DNA of 64,000 nucleotides from Eledone cirrhosa (GCA_964016885.1 OZ024748.1:51522001-51586000); one strand, 5' to 3'; shown: positions 25,691 through 37,916, counted from the first letter of the stretch. The notes: a model not told the origin generated them from the sequence alone. Program-made: numbers and translations.

Positions 25691-26572
25691 TTATTATTAG
25701 TAGTAGTAATTTTATTGCACATTGTCACTGCATCACGAAATGCAGCTCTTGTACAACTTGGGTATGTGCAGTGTGGTTTTTGGTGGTGTTATTTCTATTG
25801 TATTGGGAGTACTCTTCATAATATGTGTACCGAACCTAGTTGTAGTTAGTCCTGGGCTTTGGGTTATGTATCTGGCTTATTTTTTTTATCATTCCCAGAG
25901 AACGTTATTATTATTATTATTATTATTGTAATTATTACCATTATTATTCAGGAAATAATGATAACATCATGATAATCATAATTACTACTACTACTATTAT
26001 TATTATTATTATTATTATTGTTAATGTTGCTACAAATTTCTTTATGCAATATTTCTGGAAATATATATATATATATATATTTATTTTTTTTATTTTTCAA
26101 AATCCTCTTCAAATCTTTCCTTCAGGTAAAAGTGAAAGTGAAACAAGATCTTTATAGCTAATACAGAGTTTCTTTCTCTTCCATAATATGAATCTAAGAA
26201 GACACTTCCTTTGGCTGTAATGGGGAATTTTCTATCATCAGAATGAACCAAGCCATTAGCACTTTAGTAACTACATTAATCTAGTCTAGTGTAAGTTGAA
26301 TGTATTTCTATTGATGATTGTTGACATATTAGATGCAAAAAGGATGAAACAAAAGATTTTTCAAGTAAACCAAAATTTTGAAGAAGAAAAAAACATGCCC
26401 AATGATATTTTTTGGCAGAAATATGAAGATGTCGGGAGTGAGATGTGTCAACTGTCTAAACTAACCAGTTAATAAACTTTACATAGAAAAAAGTTTTTAA
26501 GAAAAAAACTGGAGCAAATGAAAAAAATGTTCTACACAAAGGTGTGTGTGTGTGTATGTGAACGTGTGTATG

Positions 26573-26603
<31 letters not shown>

Positions 26604-26699
26604 ATCTATATATATATATATATATATATATTTAGAGAGAGAGAAAGAAAGAAAAAGATAAGTCAGCTAGATAGATATGTATATATATATATATATACC

Positions 26700-26755
<56 letters not shown>

Positions 26756-27587
26756 CATATGCATATGTGTGTGTGTGTGTGTGTGCATGTGTGTATTGAA
26801 AACTTGATACATTTGTCAAGACTTTAAAATTTGGTCTATGAAAAAAAAAAATGAAAGGATTGTAAAATTGTAGAAAATTTAAAATTCCTAAGTATGTACG
26901 GAATCAGAAAAATTGGAAATATTACATTTGATAGCGAAATATTTATTTCATTTGATTTTGATTGCTTAGGAAAATTGATGGCTTAAAAAATCTGGGGTTT
27001 GGTCGGTGAATGAAAAACAAAATCATACACTTAGAAAAATATAATTTGAATGAAAGTAAATAGTTTTTCAGTTGAAATGTATGTTTGTGTATGGGTGTAT
27101 ATGCATACATCACACACACATATATAGATATATATACATACAGAGTGTATTAGTTTGTAACATTTAGTTACTGATGGTTCACCAGTCTGAGCACTCAATG
27201 CTAATATTTGTCTCTGTCTACTGATGTGGGATTCTAAGTTTGGCATTTTACCATTGTCAGTATCCTTCAGAAGCAGAGTGTTAAAATAAAAATAAGGAGC
27301 AGGTTTGAAGTATCACTATAACTCCAATATGTTTATTGAAACATGACACACGTTTCATAATCGATCTGCTCAAGGTAAGATCAGTAGTGATCAGGCCTGA
27401 CTCTGAAATCTGTTGACCATATGTCATTGTTTAGTCGAATACTCCCTTGCATCATAGGTTTATTCTATTAAAGATGATCTGGGGCTGCACAACAACATTA
27501 AACTAACAAGGAAGTCTCTATATGGTTCCTTTTTTTGCTAAAAGTAGTAGCCAAATCTCCTACAAATCACACACACTGCCATCTTAA

Positions 27588-27799
27588 CTCTTCATATTAG
27601 TCTATATTTACTATTTTATTTTCACAGTAAAGGCTTTACCTCACAAACTTATCTCACATAATATCGAATCTATGAGATTTTGATATTATTTATTTTGAGA
27701 ACAATACCTTAACATCAGTATGAGTGACGGTCACAGCCAGTTTGAAAAGAAAAAGGTGAGAGAATTCTGACGGTTACAGCCAGTTTAAATGCTAAAGGG
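27588..27799 (-). mobile_element. piggyBac-type MITE copy
   Basis: Family body reversed; ends AATGCTAAAGGG|TTAA. Confidence 0.8.
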
Positions 27800-28369
27800 T
27801 TAAATAAGCATGTATTGGATAATGTACTTTATGTAGAGAGCCAAGAAATCTTTAAAAGATTGTAATTGAAATGAAGAGAAAATTAATTGAATTTAATGAT
27901 TTTTGTCTCACTACATTAAATATATTGGCTCCCACTTTTCTATTTGGTTATCATGCAGAAGGCATCTCAGGGAAATTTCTCTATTGGAAAATGAAATGTT
28001 AGATACACCCCACATGGGAGGGATGAAAAGGGAGAGAATGGTCACAGCACTAGATCACATTTGATCATAGGTATGCTGGATCAGGGCCGAGATAAACTAG
28101 AGCCAAACAAAAAATAGTTGTAGTTAAGTTTATTATATTAAAGAAGGTAAAAAGATGGAACCATGAAATTGTTTCTGTCACAGCTGACTTCTAAAATAAA
28201 CATGGAGAGGCCTTTAAAAGGGATGATATAAAAACAGATGCCATTTAGACATTAGGAGCTGGGACAACATCACAAAATCTATTCAGGTTTCTATATTCTT
28301 CAGGTTTACTTTATTCCTTTTTTTGTTGTTATTCTAATTCTTCTTTTTTCCAAATTTTCTTTACCATCT

Positions 28370-28706
28370 TATTGTCATCATCATCACCATCATCAGCAAC
28401 AACATTGCCATCATTGGCATCATCATCATCATCATCTTCGTGACCATTATCCTCATAGCCATTGCCATCACCATGATCATCATCACCACCTCCATTATAA
28501 TCATGATCATCACCATCATCGCCATTATCATCATCATCATCATCACCATCACCACCATCAACACCATCACCACCATCATTCTCACCAACATCATCACCAT
28601 CATCATCACCATCACCACCATCATCACCATCATCATTCTCACCACCATCATCACCATCATCATCACCATCACCACCATCACCACCATCATCGCCATTGTC
28701 ATAATT

Positions 28707-28737
<31 letters not shown>

Positions 28738-29192
28738 CCACCATCATCATCATAATCGTTACCACCACCATCATCATTGCTATCATCAACGTCACCAACA
28801 TCATCATCATTACCATCACCGCCATTATCATCATTACCATTGCCATCATCGCCATGATGATGATCATCATCATCATCACCACCAACATCGCCAACATCAT
28901 CATCATCACCATCGCCATCACCATGACCATCATCATTGTCACCAGCATCATCACCATCCCGACCATCATTACCTTCGCCATCATGATCATGATGATGATC
29001 ATCATCATCATCACCGCCAACATCGCCACCATCATCAACGTCACCAACATTATCATCATTACCATCACCATCAACATCATCATCATCACCACCTTCATCA
29101 GCATCATCGTCATCACCAGCATCATTATCTTTGCTATCATCATCACCACCATTATCATCATAATCATTGTCTATATATTTATCATCATCATC
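28370..29192. repeat. ~820-bp degenerate (CAT)n/(CAC)n tract
   Basis: Direct inspection; source of the spurious Met/Ile/Thr-rich ORFs. Confidence 0.95.
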
Positions 29193-29341
29193 TTGAATAC
29201 CTTTACGTTTTCATTCTCATTTTCTTTCTTCATGTAATATACCTCTTTCTCTTTATCTTCTCCCCCCCCCTATCCTCTTCTTTCCCCTTCCCCACGTCCA
29301 GATCTTCATTCCATCCCTTTTTTTAACCTTATTATTATTAT

Positions 29342-30238
29342 TGGCGTTTTATAGGGGATTAGTGGAGGGGAAGAGCGACGACGTACTTGGAGAAACTCTA
29401 GGCATCGACGAAAATCAACTAGCCAATCTCTTTGGAAGAACTTTCGGGCTGGGGCCTATGGACAACTTCCAGAAATCCCTAGCCTGGCACTGCTACCAAG
29501 GAGCTTTGCCAGTTCGGGATAAACTCTACAGGCATGGAGGTGTCGTCAGCCGGGCATGTCCGAGATGCGCGCAGGGTGACGAAACCGTCCTGCGTTCAGT
29601 GTCCGAGCATTGCTGACTTGTGGGTTTATGTCAAACACCTGCTGTCGTGTGTAGAACGGATCTGACTATCAGCTGAGTCCATTGTGAGGATTGCTCCACC
29701 CTCTTCCTTTAGCCGGAAAGGGCAGGCAGTTTTTATCTGTCTAGTGGCCATGGCGAAAGAGATAGTATGTGGACGCGTCTGAAAGGGTTGAAGACGAGCA
29801 CTTACCTCTTCGGTGATGCCCTGATTAACTTTTTCAAATTTCATTTGAAAAGGAAAATCAGGGTAGAGAGGCATGTGCTCTCTTCCCAGCATTTTGTTGA
29901 AAGATGGGTGAGAGAGGCAAGCATGGGTCGAGTGAATGGACCTACTCTGAGTATATGCCTGTAAATTGAGGGTGGAAAACTGGGAGAGGGCACTTGCCCT
30001 GGTGGTCAGGGTCACCGTGGCTTTTTTTAATGGGCTTTCTCCACGATGGCCCTTGGAAGTCTCCCCCCTATTGGGGAATTTTTCATTGTTCTTTTATTAC
30101 ATCCTCTGTTTTTTTTTGTTTTTTTTACACGCAGAAATGCCCATTTGTACCGTCCTGTATTTTCCTGTACTGTCCTTAATGTCTACTTTGTGTAAACCCT
30201 TGTGGTTAATAAAGAAAGCATTATTATTATTATTATTA
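29342..30238 (+). mobile_element. 5'-truncated L1/Tx1-clade LINE: ORF2 C-terminus (zf-RVT) plus 3' UTR, inserted in (TTA)n
   Basis: DNFQKSLAWHCYQGALPVRDKLYRHG...CPRC...ETVL..C...WTRLK...FVERW matches the L1/Tx1 W...LP...CPxC...ET..H...C zinc knuckle; frameshifts present; ends AATAAAGAAAGC(ATT)n. Confidence 0.88.
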
Positions 30239-30239
30239 T

Positions 30240-30533
30240 GACCATGCGCCTACAGGCTAGCTAACTTGAAGAGAGGGGTGCTCTCCCTGGATGCCCTAGA
30301 AGAGCAGGGTGGTTCAGGATTGGTGGGGTACCTGAGTCACCCCAGAGTCGTCCACCCCCTATCCGGGAATTTATTTTGTTATATTTATGCATAGTTATTT
30401 TATATTTTTATATCTTCATTGTTAAATTAGTCTTGCCATTGTGCACTTTTACTTGACCTTATTGTAAACCCCCCACTGTCCCCGCCTTTGTATTGTCCCC
30501 TACATGTCGGCCCTTGTGGCTAATAAATGAAAT
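30240..30533 (+). mobile_element. 3' UTR of a second L1/Tx1-like element directly downstream
   Basis: Same terminal architecture (TGTAAACCC..TGTATTGTCCCC..CCCTTGTGGCTAATAAA); followed by SINE A at 30540-30745. Confidence 0.6.
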
Positions 30534-30864
30534 CCTTGCTGTGGATTGGCAGTATCGGTAGAGGGTCAGACGACATTCTTTGATGCATAGAGTTACGGCC
30601 CTTGCCATTCTGAGTTCAAATCCAGCCGAGGTTAACTTTGCCCTTCATCTTTACGGGGTCGATAAAATAAAGTACCAGTAATACACTGGGTATTTGCTGG
30701 CCTTGTGCCAAAAGTAGAAACAATTATTATTATTATTATTATTATTCCTCTACTTTTTCGTTCCATGTTATCCATTCTCTTAGAAGCATTTGTCCCCTAT
30801 CCTACACTAATGTATTTTATCTGTATTTCTTTAAACCTTTATTACATCTTCACCACCACCACCA

Positions 30865-31064
30865 NNNNNNNNNNNNNNNNNNNNNNNNNNNNNNNNNNNN
30901 NNNNNNNNNNNNNNNNNNNNNNNNNNNNNNNNNNNNNNNNNNNNNNNNNNNNNNNNNNNNNNNNNNNNNNNNNNNNNNNNNNNNNNNNNNNNNNNNNNNN
31001 NNNNNNNNNNNNNNNNNNNNNNNNNNNNNNNNNNNNNNNNNNNNNNNNNNNNNNNNNNNNNNNN
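30865..31064. other. Assembly gap (200 N)
   Basis: Run of N flanked by simple repeats. Confidence 1.
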
Positions 31065-31115
31065 CACACACATGCATATATATATATACATAATCATATA
31101 CATGCATATACATAT

Positions 31116-31146
<31 letters not shown>

Positions 31147-31229
31147 CATATATACACACACATGCTTATATATATACATAATCATATACATGCATATACA
31201 TATATACATAAATACATACACACACATAT

Positions 31230-31272
<43 letters not shown>

Positions 31273-31448
31273 CGCATGCGTATCTATGCATAATCATACA
31301 TGCACATACATACTTAAATACATACATATATTATATATATATATATATATATATACATACATACACATAGATGCAGTATGTAATCTTACATGTAGATAAG
31401 TAAATAAGTAATTGTATATAGCTGAATGCACACATTCACAAAGTCATA

Positions 31449-31507
<59 letters not shown>

Positions 31508-31544
31508 ACACACATGCACACACTTACACACATATAACCACACA

Positions 31545-31680
31545 TATGATGGGCAAAAGTTCAAGGTTTGTGGAATAGAACCTGAGCAATTTCACCAGCT
31601 TCTTCTGATATCTGCCATGTCATGGAGCCACGGACCGTATCCCAGAGGGCAGCAGAGTAAATGAAGAACCCTGTTTTGTT
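31545..31680 (+). mobile_element. Possible degraded mariner end plus transposase scrap
   Basis: TA-TGATGGGCAAAAGTTC resembles the MITE terminus at 37744; FF/DI...PEGSRVNEE resembles mariner FFD...VPEGQTVNxE. Confidence 0.3.
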
Positions 31681-31882
31681 TAGTAATATATCTTTGGGTG
31701 GTTTTTGATTGTTTTGACTTTGGGTGAACTCCATTATTTCAAGGGGATATCACCGAAATTGGTAACGCTTTATAAAACTCAAGGAATCTATCATATGACC
31801 GAATGGCTTTTGTGTGATTTTTTTTTTAAATTGTTTTTATATATATATATATGTATATATGTATATATATACACATATATAT

Positions 31883-32071
31883 GCATCATCATCATCATCA
31901 CCATCATCATCTCCATCACTCCTCTACCACTAACATAGACACCATTTTCATCATCATCATCATCATCATCATCACCATCATCTCCATCACTAATATAATT
32001 GACATCATCATCATCATCATCACCATCATCTCCTTCACTCCCTCTACCACTAACATGAACACCATTTTCAT

Positions 32072-32109
<38 letters not shown>

Positions 32110-32630
32110 CTAATATAATTGCCATCATCATCATCATCATCATCACCACACATCTCCATTCCTAACATAGACACTATTTTCATAATCATCATCAGAATCA
32201 TCAGAATCATCATCATCATCATCAACAGACAACACTACCATAATCATCATCATTATCCTCATCATCTCCTCCACCCCCATCACTAACATAAACAGCATTG
32301 TCATCATCTCCACCATCTCCATCACTAATATAAATGCCATCATCATCATCACCATCATCATCTCCACCACCCCTACCACTAACAAACACCATTATCAAAA
32401 TAATCACCATCATCTCCGCCATCTCCACCACTAACATAACCACCATTATCACAATCATCATCATCATCACCTCCATCTCCACCATCATTATTATAATTAT
32501 CATCATCATCACCTCCATTATTATCATCATCACCACCGCCGCCGCCGCCGCCACCACCCCACCGCCGCCGCCGCCGCCGCCACCGCCGCCGCCACCACCA
32601 CCACCATAATTATTATATATCATCATCATT
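31883..32630. repeat. Compound (CAT)n/(CAC)n/(CCG)n tract with higher-order CCACTAACAT-anchored units
   Basis: Direct inspection. Confidence 0.92.
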
Positions 32631-32871
32631 GTATGGGTGAGAATATGATAATGTGATATTCTCTATATATTGTAGCTTCTGCCTCTTATTACCTTTATAT
32701 ATTACCTGAGTGTATTGTGTGTGAGTGTGTGTATGTATTGTGTGTGTGTGTGTGTGTGTGTATTGTGTGTGTGTGTGTGTGTGTATTTGGGTGTGTGTGT
32801 GTGTGTGTGTTAGAAGAGAAAGGTGGACAGACTGAAGTTAGTAAGAGAGGAAAAGTTGAACCAAAATACAT

Positions 32872-33148
32872 ATATATAACGAAAGAGTTGTGGTAAGGAA
32901 CCAGATGGACCATACCGCACCAGAGTACTCAATACTTAGGTTAGTAGAGGAAAATAGGAAAATGTTTAACTCCGACGGCAGAGCCCGTTTTGACGGCTAG
33001 TTCGAGTCCAGAAATAGCTGTCGAAACGGCTTGAGCTCTGCCGTCTGGGTAAACATTTTTCTATTACCCACTCTACTAACCTAAGTATTGAGTACTCTGG
33101 TGCGTTATGGTCCATCTGGTTCCTTACCACAACTCCTTCATTATATAT
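32872..33148. repeat. Long inverted repeat (~125-bp arms, ~15-nt loop) of the 21252 family
   Basis: GAGTTGTGGTAAGGAACCAGATGGACCATA... pairs with ...TATGGTCCATCTGGTTCCTTACCACAACTC; both ends in (TA)n. Confidence 0.92.
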
Positions 33149-33236
33149 ATATATATATGAATATATATTTATAAGCTGTCTAACTCATGCCAGCATGGAA
33201 AAGCATACATACAATTATGATTATATATATATATAG

Positions 33237-33622
33237 TGTGTGTTTGTGTGTGTATACATACATACAAACATAAGTATCTATACATTGTTGTTTATACATA
33301 TATATGTGTTTGTGTGTGTATACATACATACAAACATAAGTATCTATACATTGTTGTTTATACATATATATGTGTTTGTGTGTGTATACATACATACAAA
33401 CATAAGTATCTATACATTGTTGTTTGTACAATATATATGTGGTGTGTGTATACATACATACAAACATAAGTATCTATACATTGTTGTTTGTACATATATA
33501 TGTGTTTGTGTGTGTTACATACATACAAACATAAGTATCTATACATTGTTGTTATACATATATATGTGTTTGTGTGTATACATACATACAAACATAAGTA
33601 TCTATACATTGTTGTTATATAC
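33237..33622. repeat. ~65-bp minisatellite, 6 copies
   Basis: Anchor CAAACATAAGTATCTATACATTGTTGTT recurs about every 62-66 bp. Confidence 0.93.
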
Positions 33623-33856
33623 ATAGTATATGGAAGTCTTATAAATCATCAATATGATTCCAATCTCATAGTTCCTTTAAACCAACTTGTTTTTTTTTTC
33701 TGCCACAGTAGTGGTTCTCACAGTTTTCTAGCTCAATAGTCACTTTAGACCATAGGTTACGGTTTTATCAACCAGTTTACCCATGTTTCAACATTCTACC
33801 CACAGATCATCAATTTACCCATGATTGCTGAATATTTGATACACTAGTGAGATAAT

Positions 33857-34010
33857 TATTTCTACTTTAGGCACAAGGCCAGCAATTACCCAGTACATTA
33901 CTGGTACTTTATTTTATCGACCCCGTAAGGATGAAAGGCAAAGTCAACCTCGGCGGGATTTGAACTCAGATTGTAAAGGGACGTAACTATGCTGGAAAGC
34001 ATGGCGTCCG
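33857..34010 (-). mobile_element. 5'-truncated SINE A with 19-bp TSD
   Basis: GATACACTAGTGAGATAAT at 33838-33856 and 34010-34028. Confidence 0.92.
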
Positions 34011-34064
34011 ATACACTAGTGAGATAATGTGTTTCTATATGAGTCTATGTTGTATATATGTCCT

Positions 34065-34500
34065 CATAAAGACTCATCAGGCCAATGCTTATCCTAAGTT
34101 TCTTTGAAGCTAAGTGACTGAGAATACAAAACTCTCACTGGATAGGACACCAGTCTATCACAAGATTAACTCTCCAGCTACAGCTGGTACATACTCTTAG
34201 CTGCGTGTACTGGAACAACGGGAAATAAAGTGTTTTCAACTAGAACACAATACAGCATCATGTCTAGAAATCGAGCTGATGACATTATGATCTTAAGACT
34301 GGATGCCATGCTTTGGCGCATAGAGTTACGGCCCTTGCCATTCTGAGTTCAAATCCCGCCGAGGTTACTTTTGCCTTTCATCTTTACGGGGTCGTTAAAA
34401 TAAAGTACCAGTAATACACTGGGTAATTGCTGGCCTTGTGCCTAACGTAGAAACAATTATGATCTTAAGACCAATATCTTAACCATTTGGTCATCTGTGC
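34065..34500 (-). mobile_element. Old SINE B with V-domain-like tail, interrupted by SINE A (34300-34455, +; 16-bp TSD)
   Basis: ATTATGATCTTAAGAC duplicated at 34284-34299 and 34456-34471; host tail GATAGACTGGTGTCCTATCCAG..GAAAC..GGATAAGC resembles 49610-49730. Confidence 0.75.
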
Positions 34501-34578
34501 ATTAATGAGTGATATTAATGTGAGAGAATGTGTGTGTCTGAATGACATTCACACACACACACATAGATTGAGTTAACT

Positions 34579-34629
34579 CCACATTACCAATGGTTTCAAG
34601 ATGAAAACATCTAAATCATCAGGTGCATT
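34579..34629 (-). ncRNA. Degenerate hammerhead ribozyme candidate
   Basis: Minus: TGCAC CTGATGA TTT AGATG-TTTT-CATCT T GAA ACCATTGGT A ATGTG; 5-bp stem II, near-palindromic stem III, GUA site; stem I and stem II closure imperfect. Confidence 0.45.
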
Positions 34630-34771
34630 TTCTCAAGCGGAGTTAAATCAAATTTAATATAAATACTCAAATTCTATATTATATGATGACTGTTCTTTTC
34701 TTTCATTTGTACCCACAACCTTACACACACACACACATATATATATGTGTGTGTATATATCTATCTATATA

Positions 34772-34834
34772 TAAGGAAAAAAAGCACTATGAAATGCACA
34801 TCCATTTGTTTTGAAAATTCATATATATATATAG

Positions 34835-34870
<36 letters not shown>

Positions 34871-34919
34871 GAATTTTCAAAACAAATGGATGTGCATTTC
34901 ATAGTGCTTTTTTTCCTTA
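34772..34919. repeat. Perfect ~50-bp inverted repeat flanking a (TA)n spacer
   Basis: TAAGGAAAAAAAGCACTATGAAATGCACATCCATTTGTTTTGAAAATTC and its exact reverse complement at 34871-34919. Confidence 0.95.
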
Positions 34920-35361
34920 CCACTATATATATATATATGTGTGTGTATGTGTGTATGTATGTGTGGGTGTAAAATTATGCACATGTGTAATGCTATTAGA
35001 AGATTCTGGCGTTTACTAATTTCTTCTAAGTTGTTTGAACATTTAAAGCCTTTACTTTATTTGTTTTGTTCACAGAAGAATATTTTACATGATTATCCCC
35101 CTTTATGGAGCAGTGTTGCATGGTGTATGATATTTATATAAAGTTTACTTTTCTATGAATTGTGAGGCAGTACAAAGTTAATAATCATATTTATCATTTT
35201 CTCTTATAAATATTTGTGTGTGTATGTGATTGTGGCTGTATGCCTGCACATATGCATGTATACACACATAAAAATATATATATATATATATATATGTTTA
35301 TGCACATACAACAAAAAATATATATATATACGCAAATATATGTAGAGAGAGAGATATACAC

Positions 35362-35412
<51 letters not shown>

Positions 35413-36134
35413 AAGTGACAGAGACAAAATAGAGGAAAATATAGTCACACACACACATATATATATATGAAATTTTATGCATTTTTTTTAAGCTTTCTTA
35501 TAAGAAAGTATATATATATAATAAATCAAATATGTATAATGAATATATACATTATAAACCTAAATGTACTTATATATCTTGTGTGTATATATACATGTAT
35601 GTCAACATCTACGTCTGTGTGTCTACAATATTTCAGAAACACACCATAACAACAAAATTATCAGGTATTAATGAAAAATTAAATAAAAATAATTTTAATC
35701 CAATTTAAACAAATTTGAAATTGAAATAAATATACAAAACAAAAAATAGACAAATGAAATACTAAATAACAGATGATTTCCCTAAAACAAACTCCATCGC
35801 TCCTCTCTTTCCTAAGCTCATTCTCATACACATACAGGCTCTCAACTTCCATATGGCTTTTATCCAGTTCAATGGCCATGTCTAATGATTCTTATCTCAG
35901 GCATGAACAATTTGCTACTGCAAAGAAATCTCAATTCATGCTAAGCTGTAAAGGGTTTATATTTCTAAGTTATCACACTTTTGTATATGAAGAAGGTCTT
36001 CGTGTCATCTCATATTTTGTCAGCCATGTTAAACAACATCGCCTTTCTCCTAAATCAATCTCACACACACATTATGTATATATATATCATCATCATCATC
36101 ATCATCGTTTAATGTCTATCTTCCATGCTAGCAT

Positions 36135-36183
<49 letters not shown>

Positions 36184-36606
36184 CACACATATATACATAT
36201 ACATGCACACACACACATACATATAGATATATATATGTGCATGCATTCATACACACACATATATATATATAAATAGATAGAATGCCCTGCTGCATATATG
36301 TGTGGGTGTGTGTGTTTGTTTGTTTGTGTATATATAGATATATGTATAATATATATAGATATATTCATATTTATACAAATGTTAGCATACATACACGTAT
36401 CTACATGTATTTGTTTCAATTTTTGTTCCAGGTGTATATAAGGAAAACATATCTGTGTATTTGTTTTATATTTATAAACATGGAAACTGGGAAATTAAAT
36501 CTCGTGTTGACACGTAAGTGTCCACACACACAAATACAGAGGCATCCGTGTAGGGGTGCGGACGTAAAATGATGATGATGATGATGATATATATATATAC
36601 ATATAT

Positions 36607-36928
36607 CATCATTTTACGTCTGCTTTTCCCTGCTTGCAAGGGTGGGACGGGAACTGATTTTGGTTTGATTTCTACAGCTGGATGCCCTTCCTAACACCAA
36701 CCTCATTTACAGTGAGTGCTGCGTGCTTTTTTTTCCGTGGCACCTACATGCCCACTTTTTACACTGTGGGCTGGGTGTTTTTTCTGCCGTGGCCCCTCCA
36801 AGACCACTTTGCAGTGGAATGATAGAAACCCCAGTCCTATCACCTCATTTCTACAACTGAGTAAACTGGAACAATGTGAACTCACAACATTTCGATTGCA
36901 AGCCCAATGCTCTAACCACTAAGCCATA
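36607..36928 (-). mobile_element. CORE-type SINE B with RTE-derived tail (internally deleted)
   Basis: Matches 37943-38275 with part of the CORE region missing. Confidence 0.85.
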
Positions 36929-36944
36929 TATATATATATATATA

Positions 36945-37130
36945 TATGTAAAAGTTAAACAGAAATAACAATATAATCGATACAGTATATGGAAGGAATA
37001 TATTAGGTTAACGCTTGAAATAGCAGGAAGAGAGTCTTAATGTTTCAGATGCTAGTCCTTCATCAGAAGAAAGAATGAGATGGCGGAATTTGAAAAAAAT
37101 GTTCTTAGAGAAAAGTAACAAGTCCATTCA
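36945..37130 (-). mobile_element. Penelope-like non-coding terminal repeat with hammerhead motif (37035-37070)
   Basis: Minus: TCTT CTGATGA A GGA-CTAGCA-TCT GAA ACAT T AAGA; core intact, with CpG-type changes in stems II and III. Confidence 0.7.
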
Positions 37131-37133
37131 TAT

Positions 37134-37172
<39 letters not shown>

Positions 37173-37404
37173 ATTCTGTAAAGTGGTTGGGGATAGGATG
37201 AGCATCCGGCCATAGAGATCTTGCCAAACAAAGAATCGCAAGCACTCTTCAGATGTATCAAAACCATGACAACCGACCTAGTCTAGGCGACATGATAAAT
37301 TGCATATGGTATAGAGTGAAAACTGATGTAATATATAGGTGCATCTGTTTGTGTGTATGAAAATATTAGTGTGCATGTGCACATTCATGAGTATTCATTT
37401 GTGC

Positions 37405-37448
<44 letters not shown>

Positions 37449-37743
37449 ACATATGCACTTGTGTCTCTATGAAGACAGATATGACCTCACACTTGTGTAT
37501 ATTATGTGTGTGCAGATATCCATTATGAGCATGTGTGTCTCTCCATAGTGGTGCATGTGCATGCATATATGTGTCTGAATACACATCTGTCTGTGTGTTT
37601 GTATGTGTGTTGACTGAGCCAGGAAAAGTGTGTTCGTTTATATCTATCTTTCTTCATTTCTCTTATTACCACTCTCTCTCTCTCTCTCTCTGTCACACAC
37701 TCTCTTTCTTTCTCTGTCAGATACACACACACTCTTGTTCATA

Positions 37744-37916
37744 TGAGGGTCGGCTGAAAGGCTCAAACGTTGACCAAGATACTGTCATGGAATGACCAAA
37801 TGACGTCTATTTTTCAACATAGTCTTTGTTTAAAGTTGAAATTAATGCATGCAAGATTTCAAAGGTCTAGCATCACTCCTTCATATTCAGTCAATGAACT
37901 TTTGAGTTGTCCATCA
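37744..37916 (+). mobile_element. Mariner-type MITE (second, more diverged copy at ~41328-41525)
   Basis: TA|TGAGGGTCGGCTGAAAGGCTCA ... TGAACTTTTGAGTTGTCCATCA|TA imperfect TIRs with TA flanks; shared internal TGACCAAGATAC..TCATGGAATGACCAAATGA. Confidence 0.7.

Noticed and set aside
26085-26132. Recursive splice site (pyrimidine tract, CAG|GTAAAA)
   Set aside because: Weak donor, host gene strand unknown, and such motifs arise often by chance.
28361-29237. 268-aa Met-rich and 265-aa Ile/Thr-rich ORFs, or a His-rich protein
   Set aside because: Degenerate (CAT)n tract without supported splice or start context; similar tracts occur at 31883 and 57000.
34050-34090. Hammerhead on minus strand (CTGATGA GTC...GAC)
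   Set aside because: No GAAA after the stem; it lies in a SINE tail.
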